NCBI GenBank assembly: GCA_965645245.1
Contig: OZ287079.1
Span: 744,001-808,000, forward strand
Length of the DNA: 64,000 bases
Origin: Massalongia carnosa
Lineage: Eukaryota
Direction: 5' to 3'
This document shows, in pieces, positions 1-11,338 of this stretch. Each line of letters opens with the position of its first letter. Position 1 is the first letter of the stretch. The position numbers and the translations under genes were made by a program. The notes beneath the pieces are model-generated. The model was not told where the DNA came from. It saw nothing but the letters and a program-made list of their open reading frames with translations, and did no database searches.

Positions 1-74
1 TAGTAGGTTGTTTCGTTCTGGTTCGTGATTCGTAGCCTTTCCTGCGTTGGCTAACAAGATTTGGCTGTCGGTAG

Positions 75-2418
75 TGGAGAACTCCACACTCAAAGGGAAT
101 ACGCCATGGTAGACATCATGAGCAACATCACCGATAAAGAGAATTGGGACGAGAAGGTATTTAACAAGGAGATCATCCAAAAATGGAGAGCCGAGCTCAA
201 GGGGCCCTCAAAAGAGGAATTAATCATAAAGATGACAAATAAGCCAACCGCTGCTGAACAAGCAGAGAAAAATAAGGATAAAGACGGAGATAGCAAGGGT
301 GACGAAAAGGCAGATGAACCGGAAGATAAAGAGGATGAAGAGGACGAAATATCGGAGAAAATGATGGACTGGGTAGGTTATCGAAAATTCACATAATTCT
401 TACGGGAGCTTTCTCATAGAGATTTTGCTGATAAAAATACCTTGCACTTTTATTTCTTTTGCCTTTACTTGATCTGTAGTTAGCTAAGTTCTTGCTCATA
501 AATTACTGATGGTAAACAGTGCATTGCCGAGCTTCAATACAAGGCGAGGCTTTTCAAAGAGATCAACTGTGTTGAAGGTCCCGATGGCATCTTCAAGTCT
601 GACACCATTATACCGAATGAGCTTAGAGAGGCTTTGATACAGACTGCTGCGCCGTTGGAAAATATTCCAGAACGGTCAAAGGATTGGCATCCGGGTTCTA
701 ATGAACAGGTGCTTGATTTGGTTCATCCTTCGTTGTATCCACTTGTTTATGGCCAATCAAAAATCCTTGTCGATAAAGTTCTCAGCCTGGACGACTGTTT
801 AGGGCGATGTGGAGATGGAGAGACACTCCCCAGACCTTCCATTATAGAACCGCAAGGAGCAGAAACGTATGAGAGTATGATACCCGGTGCTTGGTCGACT
901 CGATTCCAGTGGCTGCCCAGCGACTTTGCAGTTCCATTAGGAGTAAATGATGTCAAGTAAGTGTGAACGGAAGCTTGTTTCCTGCCCCTCTCTTCTTCAT
1001 TAACTGATGGTTGCGCAAGGATCATGAGTTATATCAACAATTTGCATCCACATGCTCATAAGGACCTCTACTCCGTTGTTGAGCAGATCGTCTCTAAAGC
1101 TATTCCAGTTTGGAATCATACCTTGTCGCCCCTGAAAGCGCGATATAAAGTTCCCGTAAGAGTACAGATGAAGGGGTATGGCTATGAAGGCTATGAGGAT
1201 GATTGGCATGAGCTTGAAATGGAAGAGGATGAAGATGAAAACGATTATGAGGATAGATTGGGCGCGTGGAAAGAATCTCGACGCATCATCCAGCCAGAGC
1301 CTGAGGAGTTTAAGCCGCCTATGGAAAGACTTCACGCACTCTATGAGAACCTGAAGCCCGAAGACACCCCATTGGTGGATCTTAGAAAAGACTTTGGGAA
1401 GCTGCAAATTATTGTCAAACTCGCCAATATCCATCTTACCCCGGAAAACCCCACCTATCCTGGGGGCTCTTGGCATATTGAGGGACAGCTCAATGAAAAT
1501 ATGTAAGCTTCCTCGTTAGATTAGTGAATTGATGAATTTTCGCTAATGATCATGTTCTAGATGTGCTACCGCCTTATACTACTATGATACTGAAAACATT
1601 ATTGGTAGCGCGCTCTCCTTTCGCCAGCAAACAGACCCCAATCCAGTCCTTACGTACCCGCAAGACGACCATCGAGCGGTGGAAACGATATTTAATATCG
1701 ATGCCGAGGGTTCGTCTATTCAAAACTTAGGTGATGTGGCTACTAGGGTACCTATCTTCCTTGAATAACGACTGGTTTGTGGAGTTGACTGACATCTCTC
1801 AAGGAGGGACGGCTCTTGGCCTTTCCCAACGTAACTAATTTCTACTCTTGAGCTATGATGTGCGCTTACTTGCGAACAGATCTTTCAACACTGTGTCTCG
1901 GAATTCCGCCTTGCCGACCCTTCCAAGCCCGGCCATCGCAAGATCCTTGCCCTGTTCTTGATCGACCCGCATTACCGTATTATCAGCACCGCTAATATCC
2001 CGTGCCAGCAAAAGTCCTGGTGGGCCGATCAAATCCGCGAAAGTGGAACACTTGGGTGCTTGCCGCCAGAACTGGTTGACCAGGTCCTCGATGTATGGAT
2101 TCATCCCCACGCTTAGGGTTTCGTCGGCACATGAACACTGATGCAATTTCACAGTACGAGGTCGATTTCCCTATCTCGCTCGAGGCTTCGAAAGCGCAGA
2201 GACTCGAGCTGATGGCCGAAAGGAGCGTTCTGTATGTGTTACTGTCTTGCCAATTCTATCACTTGATTTCGCGCAAGAATTGGTCTGATATCGTCTCTTG
2301 TAGTGTTGGAGAGCAAAACGACCGATACGAGAATACGTGCCGATTCTATGTAAGCCTGCGACAACGAAACTCCTCGAAGGGGTGTTGCTAACCCCAGTGA
2401 AAGCTTTGCGAGCATTGA
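75..2418 (+). CDS. DUF4246-family protein, multi-exon, 5' end upstream of window
   Basis: Spliced ORFs 61-396, 634-960 and 1024-1506 plus short exons. Motifs KDWHPGS..VLDLVHPSLYPLVYG, LQIIVKLANIHLTPE.P.Y.GGSWHIEG, EGRLLAFPN, and C-terminal FYLCEH* (TGA 2416-2418). Confidence 0.85.
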
Positions 2419-3483
2419 GCTGTGCCATGCGGCAAGGATTTCAAGCCACGTCATCTGGTCGTAGCAGAACTCTTTTCCATCGTTTCGGAAATGTAGGGCG
2501 AGACTCGCCCATGGAGATTTCTTCCCATCATTTCCAGAAGTCGTGTCCATTGAGGGCTTCATGCTGAATCCACGACTGAGATAGTTTTCTAATGCAGATT
2601 TTGACTATCTACATCGTGAGTTTTTGATTTAATATATCACATAGCATAGCGCTGGCCGGCATGGGTTTTGGTGTTGGTAATCATTACTATCCGAACGGTT
2701 TAGAATGACGGGAAGAGCATTCTACTCATCTCTGGCAATCTACTACGTGATCCAATACTCTACAACCCCACTCCTTTCATTCAGTTTTGACTTTTCTGTC
2801 ACATAGTGAGTCGTTGCGGTGATGAGGTTTCAGCGTAGGTAGTTACCGCTGAGGGATGTCGGTGGAGGCATAAGGCATGAGATGAGGCACGAGGCAGCTG
2901 AACCCTTAGCATGCAAAATTAGTCAAGGGTTGCTTTCACCGACGTGCAGCCGAGGCCTCTAGTTAACCGAGACCGCCTTAGCTCACTGACGCCACCATTG
3001 CCAAGCCTCACGCTTCCAGGTTGAAGCGGAGAAACCTCCTTGTCCGCTGGGGCAGAAAGACCGGGGGCCATGTAAAATATGTACTATGGATGTATGGATG
3101 TATGTATATCGTATCTGCAGGACACGTGAGATGCTCGCCGGTGACTCAATCGGTCGAGCTTAAACCAATCGTTTAGTTAGGGTCGAACCCTGAAGGTTTC
3201 TTAAAAGGATATATATATTGCGTTGGGCATTCATCCCCCCGTTGTCTCTTTTCCGCTTTTCATCTGTCGTCTATCCAATACGTACAAAGGCTGTGTCGTT
3301 GGCCCGGACCCCCCGCTAGTTCTGTCTGACATTTGCAACTATAAGAGCTGTGCCTTGGATACTAAGCAATATCTCCCGGCTGTGGGGTTTCACGTTTTCA
3401 ATATTTCCAACAGCCCTTTGCCCTTCCTTAATTGCGAGTTCTTCACAATCTTTCAAACTTACTCATACTATATCCACCACAAG

Positions 3484-4541
3484 ATGTTTTTCGATATCGA
3501 GAAGCGGGCTCTGGCTTACTTGGAACCCATGATGATTGTTCTTGTTGCAGTTTACGGTGAGAACGACAATGAATAAGGACAACGGAGCTTCTTTAAGGCG
3601 TTTTCGCAGGCTTCTTCGCCGTTTTAGTAGAGATTGTCGTCCTGCAGAGAAATCCAAAGGACATTGGAAATCTCACCGTCTTCAGGGAGAGAATTTTCGC
3701 CAAGGCCTGGCTGATGTTGGGTGAGTTACATCGGCAGACCAAACCCTCGATTGCTCCACTTCGCAGAAACTACCAGCCATCAAGCCCCATCTGACTAGCA
3801 TCGTCAGGTCCTAGGGTCGCCAAGGCCGAACTCGACACCATGCTCCCCGCCCTCATCTCTCAAGCCAGGGGCGTGGTCATCGAACTCGGTCCGGGTAGCG
3901 GCCACCAGCTTTCCCGCTACGACGCCTCGAAAATCACCCGAATCTACGGTGTCGAGCCAAACGTGAACCTATACCCCGCGCTCCGTGCCAGCATCAAGAG
4001 CGCCAAGCTAGATGACATTTACACCATCGTTCCATGCGGTATTGAGAACCTTGCGGAGATGCAAAAGCACGGGATCGAGCGGGAGAGCGTCGACACGGTA
4101 TTGAGCGCGCAGGTGCTTTGCTCGGTGCCGCGGCCGGAGGAGGTGGTGCAGGGGTTGTATCCGCTTATGAAAAGGGGGGGGGTATTGATTGTGTACGAGC
4201 ATGTCCGCAGTCGGGATTACGTGACGAGGATGATTCAAAGTATGCAGTCCGTTTGGGTTCTGCTCTCGTTGTACACGCCATTTCTTTGACCCTCCCCCCT
4301 TTTTATATTTTCCAATTCAAAAGCGAAGACTAATTCCCCTTTTCCCCCCTCCTCCCCACCCCCCCCTCTAGACCTCTACAATCTCGTCTGGCCGTACGGC
4401 CTTGGAAACTGCCACCTCGACCGCCCCACCGATCAGTATCTCCGTAACGCCGGCCCGTGGGCCAACATCGACGTGACGGTCTCCGATGTGGCGGAACCGT
4501 GGGCGCCGGTCCCGCGCGTCATAGGTCGGCTGACGAAGTAG
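3484..4541 (+). CDS. Class I SAM-dependent methyltransferase (METTL7-like) with hydrophobic N-terminus, 4 exons
   Basis: Motif I VIELGPGSG, DTVLSAQVLCSV, GGVLIVYEHV, and last exon GNCHLDR. GT-AG introns join the exons in frame. Confidence 0.85.
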
Positions 4542-5521
4542 GTAAGCGAGGTAAGTCTGGAGGGAAGGACAAGGCGTGTAGTTTGGGGAGTCGATGACAT
4601 GAAGGGTTCACTTGTCTGTTTGTTTGTTTTTCCGCCCGCGGAGAGCGGTGGGTTGGTGGGTTACGTTTCACGTTTTGACTTTCAGGGGAAAGAATTCACT
4701 GCAAGATTAAGTTTTGGGATATTCCGTAACGACGCCTTCTCTACCCCAAAGCAGCATCCACAACAGCGAAAAACCGCTATCTGGATCAAAGTTTGTTATG
4801 GCAGTTCCAATCATCCTGGATAGAAAGGAGACCTGGCAAAACATGTTCTCTAAAGAAAACTTTCTTATTTATTTACCTTTTCTTCCTTCAGGAAAAAAAA
4901 GACGCAATAGAAACACTGGAAGCGTTGAAATAGAAGGAGAACTCTACTATCGCTACAACCCCTTAATGTTACTACTTACCCAATCCCCTCCCCTTTCCTT
5001 CCCCCCCCTTCGAAGGGACCCCTCCCAATAATCTCCGACCACCACCTAAATCGCTCAAGTACATAGGTATTTTACCCTTTGCGCCCACCACTCTCCGCCT
5101 TTCCATCCTCGCCAATGCCTAAAGGGACCCTCTTACTCGGAAAGTCCTAAAATCATTCCTACAGCTATCCTACCAACCCTCCCCTTTCTCTATCAACTCT
5201 AGATCCCCTATCCCATTTCTTTTCCACCCCTCTCCCATCCCCCCCCCCTCCCCAAAAAAACACTCACACCAATTTACCTCACATTTCCATCTACAAGGGT
5301 GCTGGAAGAAAACAGGTAAGAAAAATTATAACCCCATCACCAGCCGCAGCAGCGACGTCACGAAGCGTAAGCGAGTAAACAGACGAGAGGCGGGCAAGAG
5401 CGGAATTGAGAAGGCGATCGGGACGAGCAGACGCATGAATAAACGAACAAACGAACAAGTAAGGAAATGGGCAAGTAGGTACATAAGTGAATAGGGGAAG
5501 GTATTCGACGGTGGCGGTTTC

Positions 5522-5570
5522 GGTTTCTGGTTTCTGGTTTCTGGTTTCTGGTTTCTGGTTTCTGGTTCTG
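5522..5570. repeat. (GGTTTCT)n heptamer tandem repeat, ~6-7 copies
   Basis: Directly visible in the sequence. Confidence 0.9.
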
Positions 5571-6543
5571 ATATTACAATGGTTTCGGGTTTTCGGGTTT
5601 TAAATGCGGATATAGGTACAGATAGGAGTTGTATATCCCGGGAGAGGAGGGAGGGAAGATAGAGGGAAAAAAAGAATATGTATCAATCAAGGCCATACTG
5701 AAGATGAATAAAGTCTTCAAAGGCATATACAGAGTCAATATCCAACGTCCACTCGGGACGAAGAGAGGACCAACCATATCAAAAATAGTCTCGTGGAGAC
5801 TGAAATATTTTCTTTCGCTATGGCGAGATTACTCATCTACTCCCGAAACGGGGCGATGAGGTGGAAGAGCATCGAGCAACTGAAAGATGCGATAGCGTCA
5901 GAAAGGGCTCTAGCGATGGGAGGCTTTCTTCTTTGGCTGCATTAGAGGTTGTTTGAGTTGGTTATCTATTTGGTTTGGATTTTGAGGTTCTCGGATTCTC
6001 GGAACGACGAGATAGCGGACAGTAAGGTAGGAAAAACGTAGCTGAAAATGCGCTTCGGAACATCGGAGGTCGATGAATCAGCGTTTGTAAGAATGATAGG
6101 CAAGTCGGTGTGCTGGAGGTGGTAAAAGGGTTTCCGGCTTTTTGGTGTTGCTAAAAGAAACTCCAACAATTCAAGTTGTATGAGGGAAACAGATCTAGGA
6201 TGAGATTCTGGAGGAAATGACCACGCCCTATATCTTCATTTCTTCAACTTCCGTACAATGCCGGCTTTTCAACTACAATGATAGATGTTGATTGTCACCT
6301 CAAAAATGCATAGATTCGTCAATTTCCATAGTGTGTTGCTTATGTTTAGGCAAATCACTCGATTAGGTGATGGGCATGATTTGAGATGCTGCGCAAAGAT
6401 TCGCTTGCAGTTTCTTACCGAGATATCTCGTTTTCCGACGTGCCTCGCGCATAGTGCCTTTGACTGATACTGAAAGGCAGCATGTCTTCCCCCACTACAC
6501 CGCCGACTTCCTTGTTGCTGACAGCCTGCAGTTTGTCCGCGGA

Positions 6544-7344
6544 TTACCTGCTGTCGAAAATCTGCGCGACCTCGTCGTCGTTGGCCGGCTGCTCACTATC
6601 TCCAAATAGCGGCTGGTCCTGAAATTGATCCCCTCCGCTCGGGAGCGCCAGTGGAGCGTCCTCAGTGACCTGGTCGTCGGAACTCGAAGGAAGCGTGGAA
6701 CTGGCCAAATAATTTTGACCGTCGATACTGCCAGACTTTTGACTAGGGCACGTACAACGAGGATCTCCACACCAGTACGCATCGCGTTTGTTGGGACGGC
6801 TGTCTGAGCATACAGGCGTGAGTCCTCCGCGGAATCTACATTGAGCGCATGTTTCACCCATATTCCATGTCACACAATCCTATTAAAACCCAGCTTTTGT
6901 CAATTTAAAACTAGTAGTTGGGACTTAAGAGGGTCTTACATGAGAGGTCTTACAGTAGGGCTTAGATCCAAGTAAGAATACTGAAAATACAAAGTATTGC
7001 TCTGGTGACCTATTCAGTTCTCTCTTGACTCCCTCGCCGCACTTGCAACCAGATGCTCGCTCCAGGCACAAGTCCATGGGATTCGCATCATAGCAGTAGC
7101 CTTTTATAAGCCCGTCCGAATTTTCATCGCAGTACACACAATCTTCTATCTTGGTGCAAGGCTAAAATTCCGCAGGAAATCAATTAAAGACGCGCACTGT
7201 ATGTAAAATCCATTTCAAATGTGTTCTATGACTTACACCAGAGTTCCTCGAATGATCATGGCACCTTACCAGCAACTTAAGATCAACCCAAGCAGCTGCA
7301 ACTATGAAAAGCGTAAGCAGTGCCGGAAGGACCAGAAGATTCAT
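6544..7344 (-). CDS. Small secreted cysteine-rich protein (~220 aa, effector-like)
   Basis: Exons 7344-7237 (signal-peptide-like MNLLVLPALLTLFIVAAA), 7161-6940 and 6879-6544, joined in frame by GTAAG..TAG introns; ~16 Cys. The 3' end is uncertain because of a possible extra donor at 6547. Confidence 0.7.
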
Positions 7345-7871
7345 TGGAAATAACGTATGAAGGGTAAAAGATGGGGAAAGAATTTGACGAGGGAAATAAC
7401 TCTAACCTAATAGCAATCATTATATAGTTTCAATTTCAGGTGATCTGCAAGATGTCACCAACGTTCGGGGCTGACAGGTAGCTGGGCTTATTTGAACCGC
7501 ATTTTTTAATGAGAATTAGAGCTCGAGAACGAAGCCCGACACAGACTTGATACAAATCCAATCGCGTACTTGAAACCTCCGGGCCGTAGCTACGTAGCTA
7601 GTCTTTATTGTCCTCCTTCTCTTTTGCGTCTGGAATTGTGAGGTGAAACACGTTAGTTTACCTCAGCGAAACACGAGAGGCCAGTAGAGAAGCGTGGAGG
7701 TGATACGATCGTAGCGAAGATGGATTCTAAACTCACTCGCATTTTCGTCACATGATAACTACGCCTTACCGAAAGTCATGTGATATGGTAAACCTCCCCT
7801 TTGGGAAGAACCTCTACGGCCTCTGTATTGCAATGGGAACGTCCAATCGTTCATCTTTCATTAAGCAGCAA

Positions 7872-9718
7872 ATGAAAAGAGTACTTCCCGGTCCGGTGCC
7901 AAGTGGATACAGCCTTTTCAACACCATGGCTGGTATCAGGTCATTATATAAAGATGATGTCGACTTTGCCGTCTTAGCTTTGCAGTCGCCGTCTTTTAAC
8001 ACGCAGTGCGGCCGTCTCACCCGACGAGCTTAGCAACGCTGACTCCAGCCTGCAGCCTTAAGTCTAACGGCCAACTCGATTTCAGCGACCCAAAGGCGGT
8101 GCAGTATGGCGCCTAAGAAGCATTCCTGATAGCAGATAAAACTGATCGAGAGCAAGGCAGCTTACGAAAAGTCTGCTACAACGAGATTTCAATCTTGAGC
8201 TTGATTTGCCTGGTGATCGGTTATGTCCGCCTGTACGTATCGTAAAGGCTAAATCTATATGTTTTTTTGGCTGAGGCTTGGTCAGGTACCAAATAGGTAT
8301 TTGATATTTTTATGCTTGGAGCAGAGTATCAATCGGTTGACCCCTCCCTGAAAGGTTGAATTATGTTTTTTGGATGCAAGATCTTCTCGATACCACCGGC
8401 AACGATTTCTACGACGGCTATGATCCAACCCGTGAGGTAGTCGGACTTGATATGTACGCTGTTGTATGCTAAGGCTTATTTTCTGAATACTAACACGCTA
8501 CGTAGAGGCACAGGATCCAGTTGCATCTATCCACTACTCAGCTGCTCCCTAAGACAAAACTGGAAGTTTGCAGCCACAGGTTAGGAGTCTCCCGACAGGA
8601 ATGGCAGGTATTCTCTAATCAAACTAGATATCGACGAGAAAAACATCCAATATGCTCGCCAAAACATCCTTCAAAACAACTTCAAGTCCCGAATTCGCCC
8701 TGTTCTTACTCGACCTAATGATCCTTTAATTTACCTCGATGTCTTTGGTCTTAAAACGTAATTCATTCCGCCGAAAGGACCACAGCTCCCTCAAGCTCCC
8801 ACTCCCATCATAACTAACCCCCCGTCCTAGCATCGACTTCACGATTTGCAACCCCCCCTTTTACTCCTCCACCATAGATCTTCTCACTTCCGCCGCTGCA
8901 AAATCCCGCCCCCCAAATTCTGCCTGCACTGGCGCAGAGGTCGAAATGGTTACTCCTGGCGGCGAAGTCGCATTCGTGACCCGCATGATTGAAGAAAGTC
9001 TTACGTTAAAAACCCGGTGTCAGTGGTACACAAGCATGCTTGGGAAACTGAGCAGCGTGAGTGTTTTGGTGAACCGGTTACAGAGTGCTGGGGTGCAGAA
9101 TTGGGCCATTAAGGAGTTTGTACAGGGGGGCAAGACAAGAAGATGGGCAATTGCATGGAGCTTTAGGGGACTGAGGCCAAAACAGGTGAGATTTTCTACC
9201 CCTTGATGAAGAGATTGATGATTGCTAGGATCGGAAACTAAATCGATTTGCGCAAACAGGATGTTGCGAGGGGGATCCATGGCTTGCCAAAACACCTCTT
9301 ACCGTTCCCTCCAGAGTATACGTTTCATGTCCCTGAGGCGTCGCCTCACAACTCCGCCGAGCGATTAACGACCATATTTAACTCCCTAGACATCGGCTGG
9401 GACTATCGTCCCTCGACCGCCACGGCAATCGGCTTTGCCAAGGGAAATGTCTGGTCTCGAGCCGTGCGGAGACAACGGGAGAAGAAAGCCCTCGGGATAA
9501 AGACCTATTCTGAGGCAGAAGGCGATGACGACAATAGAATGGACGACGACGAAGACAACGAAGACGAAGAAGAACTAGCACTTGGGTTTACGATCCAATT
9601 TAACACGGGACAAGATAAAGGCAGCACCGATGTGCAGATTCGCTGGGTTCAAGGGCTAGACAGCGTGCTATTCGAAAGTTTCTGCGGCATGCTCAAGCGC
9701 AAACTCACAACCCTTTAA
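7872..9718 (+). CDS. METTL16/RlmF-family RNA m6A methyltransferase (U6 snRNA methyltransferase homolog), multi-exon
   Basis: Spliced exons give LDFSDPKAV, RLCPP-VPNR-LNY, GLDI-GTGSSCIYPLL, catalytic CNPPF, MVTPGGEVAFV, WYTSMLGK and QG.KTRRWAIAWSF. The start codon is uncertain (7872 or 7926). Confidence 0.9.
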
Positions 9719-9808
9719 CCCCTCTCCCTCGAGAAAATCCCATATGTCCCTCAACCCTCCACCGGTCCCCTACTTCTTCCCCCTTCTCTTAAACCACCAA
9801 AGCTTCCC

Positions 9809-10647
9809 TCAAACCTGCCCGCCCTCCGCTCCCTCCGCTCCCTCTGCCAACCTCCCTAACTCCCCCTCCCCCTCCACCCTCATGCTCACCCACTCCTCCA
9901 ACCTCGTCGCGCCCAAGCCCTCGTAAAACCGGATGCTCGGCTCATTCCACCTCAGCACGCTCCACTCCAACCGCTCGCCCCCAATCCGCCGTGTTTCGCG
10001 CGCCAACTCCGCCAGCAACCGTTTGCCGTACCCACGCCCCCGGTGCGCCGGCCGCACGAAGAGGTCTTCCAGGTAGATCCCCGGCGCGCCGCGCCACGTC
10101 GAGTAGGTCGGGTAGAAGAGCGCGAAGCCCGCGCAGGCGGAGGAGGCTTCCGCTGACGAGGACAAGTCGACACTAGGTTGGGCGGCGGCAACAGGATCGG
10201 TATTAGGAGACGCTGGGTGAGGGGCCCGCTCTTCCTCCTCTTCCTTCGACGGCGAGGGAAAAAGCAGCAACGTGCGCGCATACCCACCACCGGACCCGAA
10301 CCCGGACCCAGACGGGGACGTGGGCGCAGGGCCGAAAGAGAGCGTGGCGCGGAGGGAATCGTGCGTGGCGAGGACGGCTGCGGGGGCTTTTTCGTAGAGG
10401 GCCAGTTCACGGATGAGGGCGAGGATCAGGGGGACATCTGTTTTGGGGGGGGAGGGGGGGAGGGTTAGGGGCTGCTTGTTGCTTCGGGAGGGGGGTTGCT
10501 TGTTTGTTGGATTGGGTGAATTGTTGGTGGGGGAGGGGTGGAGGAGAAGGAATTGGGCCAAGAAAAGAAGGGGATATCTTTGTAGCTAGGTAGGTATATA
10601 TTAACGAGTACATACCATTTTCCGTAGCGTACCGCACTATCGGCCGG

Positions 10648-10679
<32 letters not shown>

Positions 10680-10763
10680 ATTGTTGTTATTGTTATTATT
10701 ATTATTGTTATTATTATTATTAGAGCGAGGGTCGGGAACGGTGGGTGGGGATGGGGATAGCAT
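9809..10763 (-). CDS. GNAT N-acetyltransferase (Ats1/SSAT-like) with N-terminal poly-Asn
   Basis: ALIRELALYEK, YSTWRG.PGIYLEDLFVRP..RGRGYG, RLEWSVLRWNEPSIRFY. Intron 10615-10438 joins exon 1 (..RYATEN) to DVPL in frame. Confidence 0.88.
10647..10721 (-). repeat. (AAC/AAT)n trinucleotide microsatellite encoding ~25 Asn
   Basis: ttg/tta runs on the + strand; N25 in ORF 10407..10763. Confidence 0.9.
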
Positions 10764-11338
10764 TTCGAGGGGAATTTAGGTTATTTCGAGGGGGGGGGGA
10801 TGGGGAAGGGGGGGGTTTGGGTTTATGTAGTCCGTACAGAATACTCCGTACTTGCTTCTTCGAGGGAGGCGGTTTGACGGTTGCTTTCTGGCGATGGATG
10901 CGGAATGCGCGTCATCGTGGTGGCTGGAAGGGGATGCAGGGGTTGTAACTTATGTATGTACGAAGTACTGTGGGGGAAAATGGGGGGGGGTGGGAAGCTT
11001 AACGGGTATTTAGTATGGTATGGTATGGTATGGTGCTGCGAACTGAACCGTAAAAGAAAGGGGATAGGTACATCGATCGTTGTGCCTGGGCGTCTCTTCC
11101 GATCTTAGCATTCATGTAGGTATCATCGTGTCGTAGTCCTGCTTCTTGACTCATGTACTTATGTAGTAATGAGTCCCTCGTTCGCCGAGCCTAGTTAACC
11201 CTACCCCATTCACAGGCAAGCATGGAGTACAGGCCAAGTAGATAGCAGAGCGACGGAGTGACTGGATGATTGGGCGATGAGGATCCCATGCAACCTTTCC
11301 CTGAGACGAATAACCTCCACGCTCTCCTTAATTCCTAT

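Noticed and set aside
4700..6200. Short ORFs and a possible decayed element
   Set aside because: The region is low-complexity and purine/pyrimidine-skewed with no identifiable protein or TE motif.
7872..9718. METTL16-like gene as a PsiM-type secondary-metabolite methyltransferase
   Set aside because: It has a canonical NPPF METTL16 layout in a housekeeping neighbourhood, with no decarboxylase or kinase partners.
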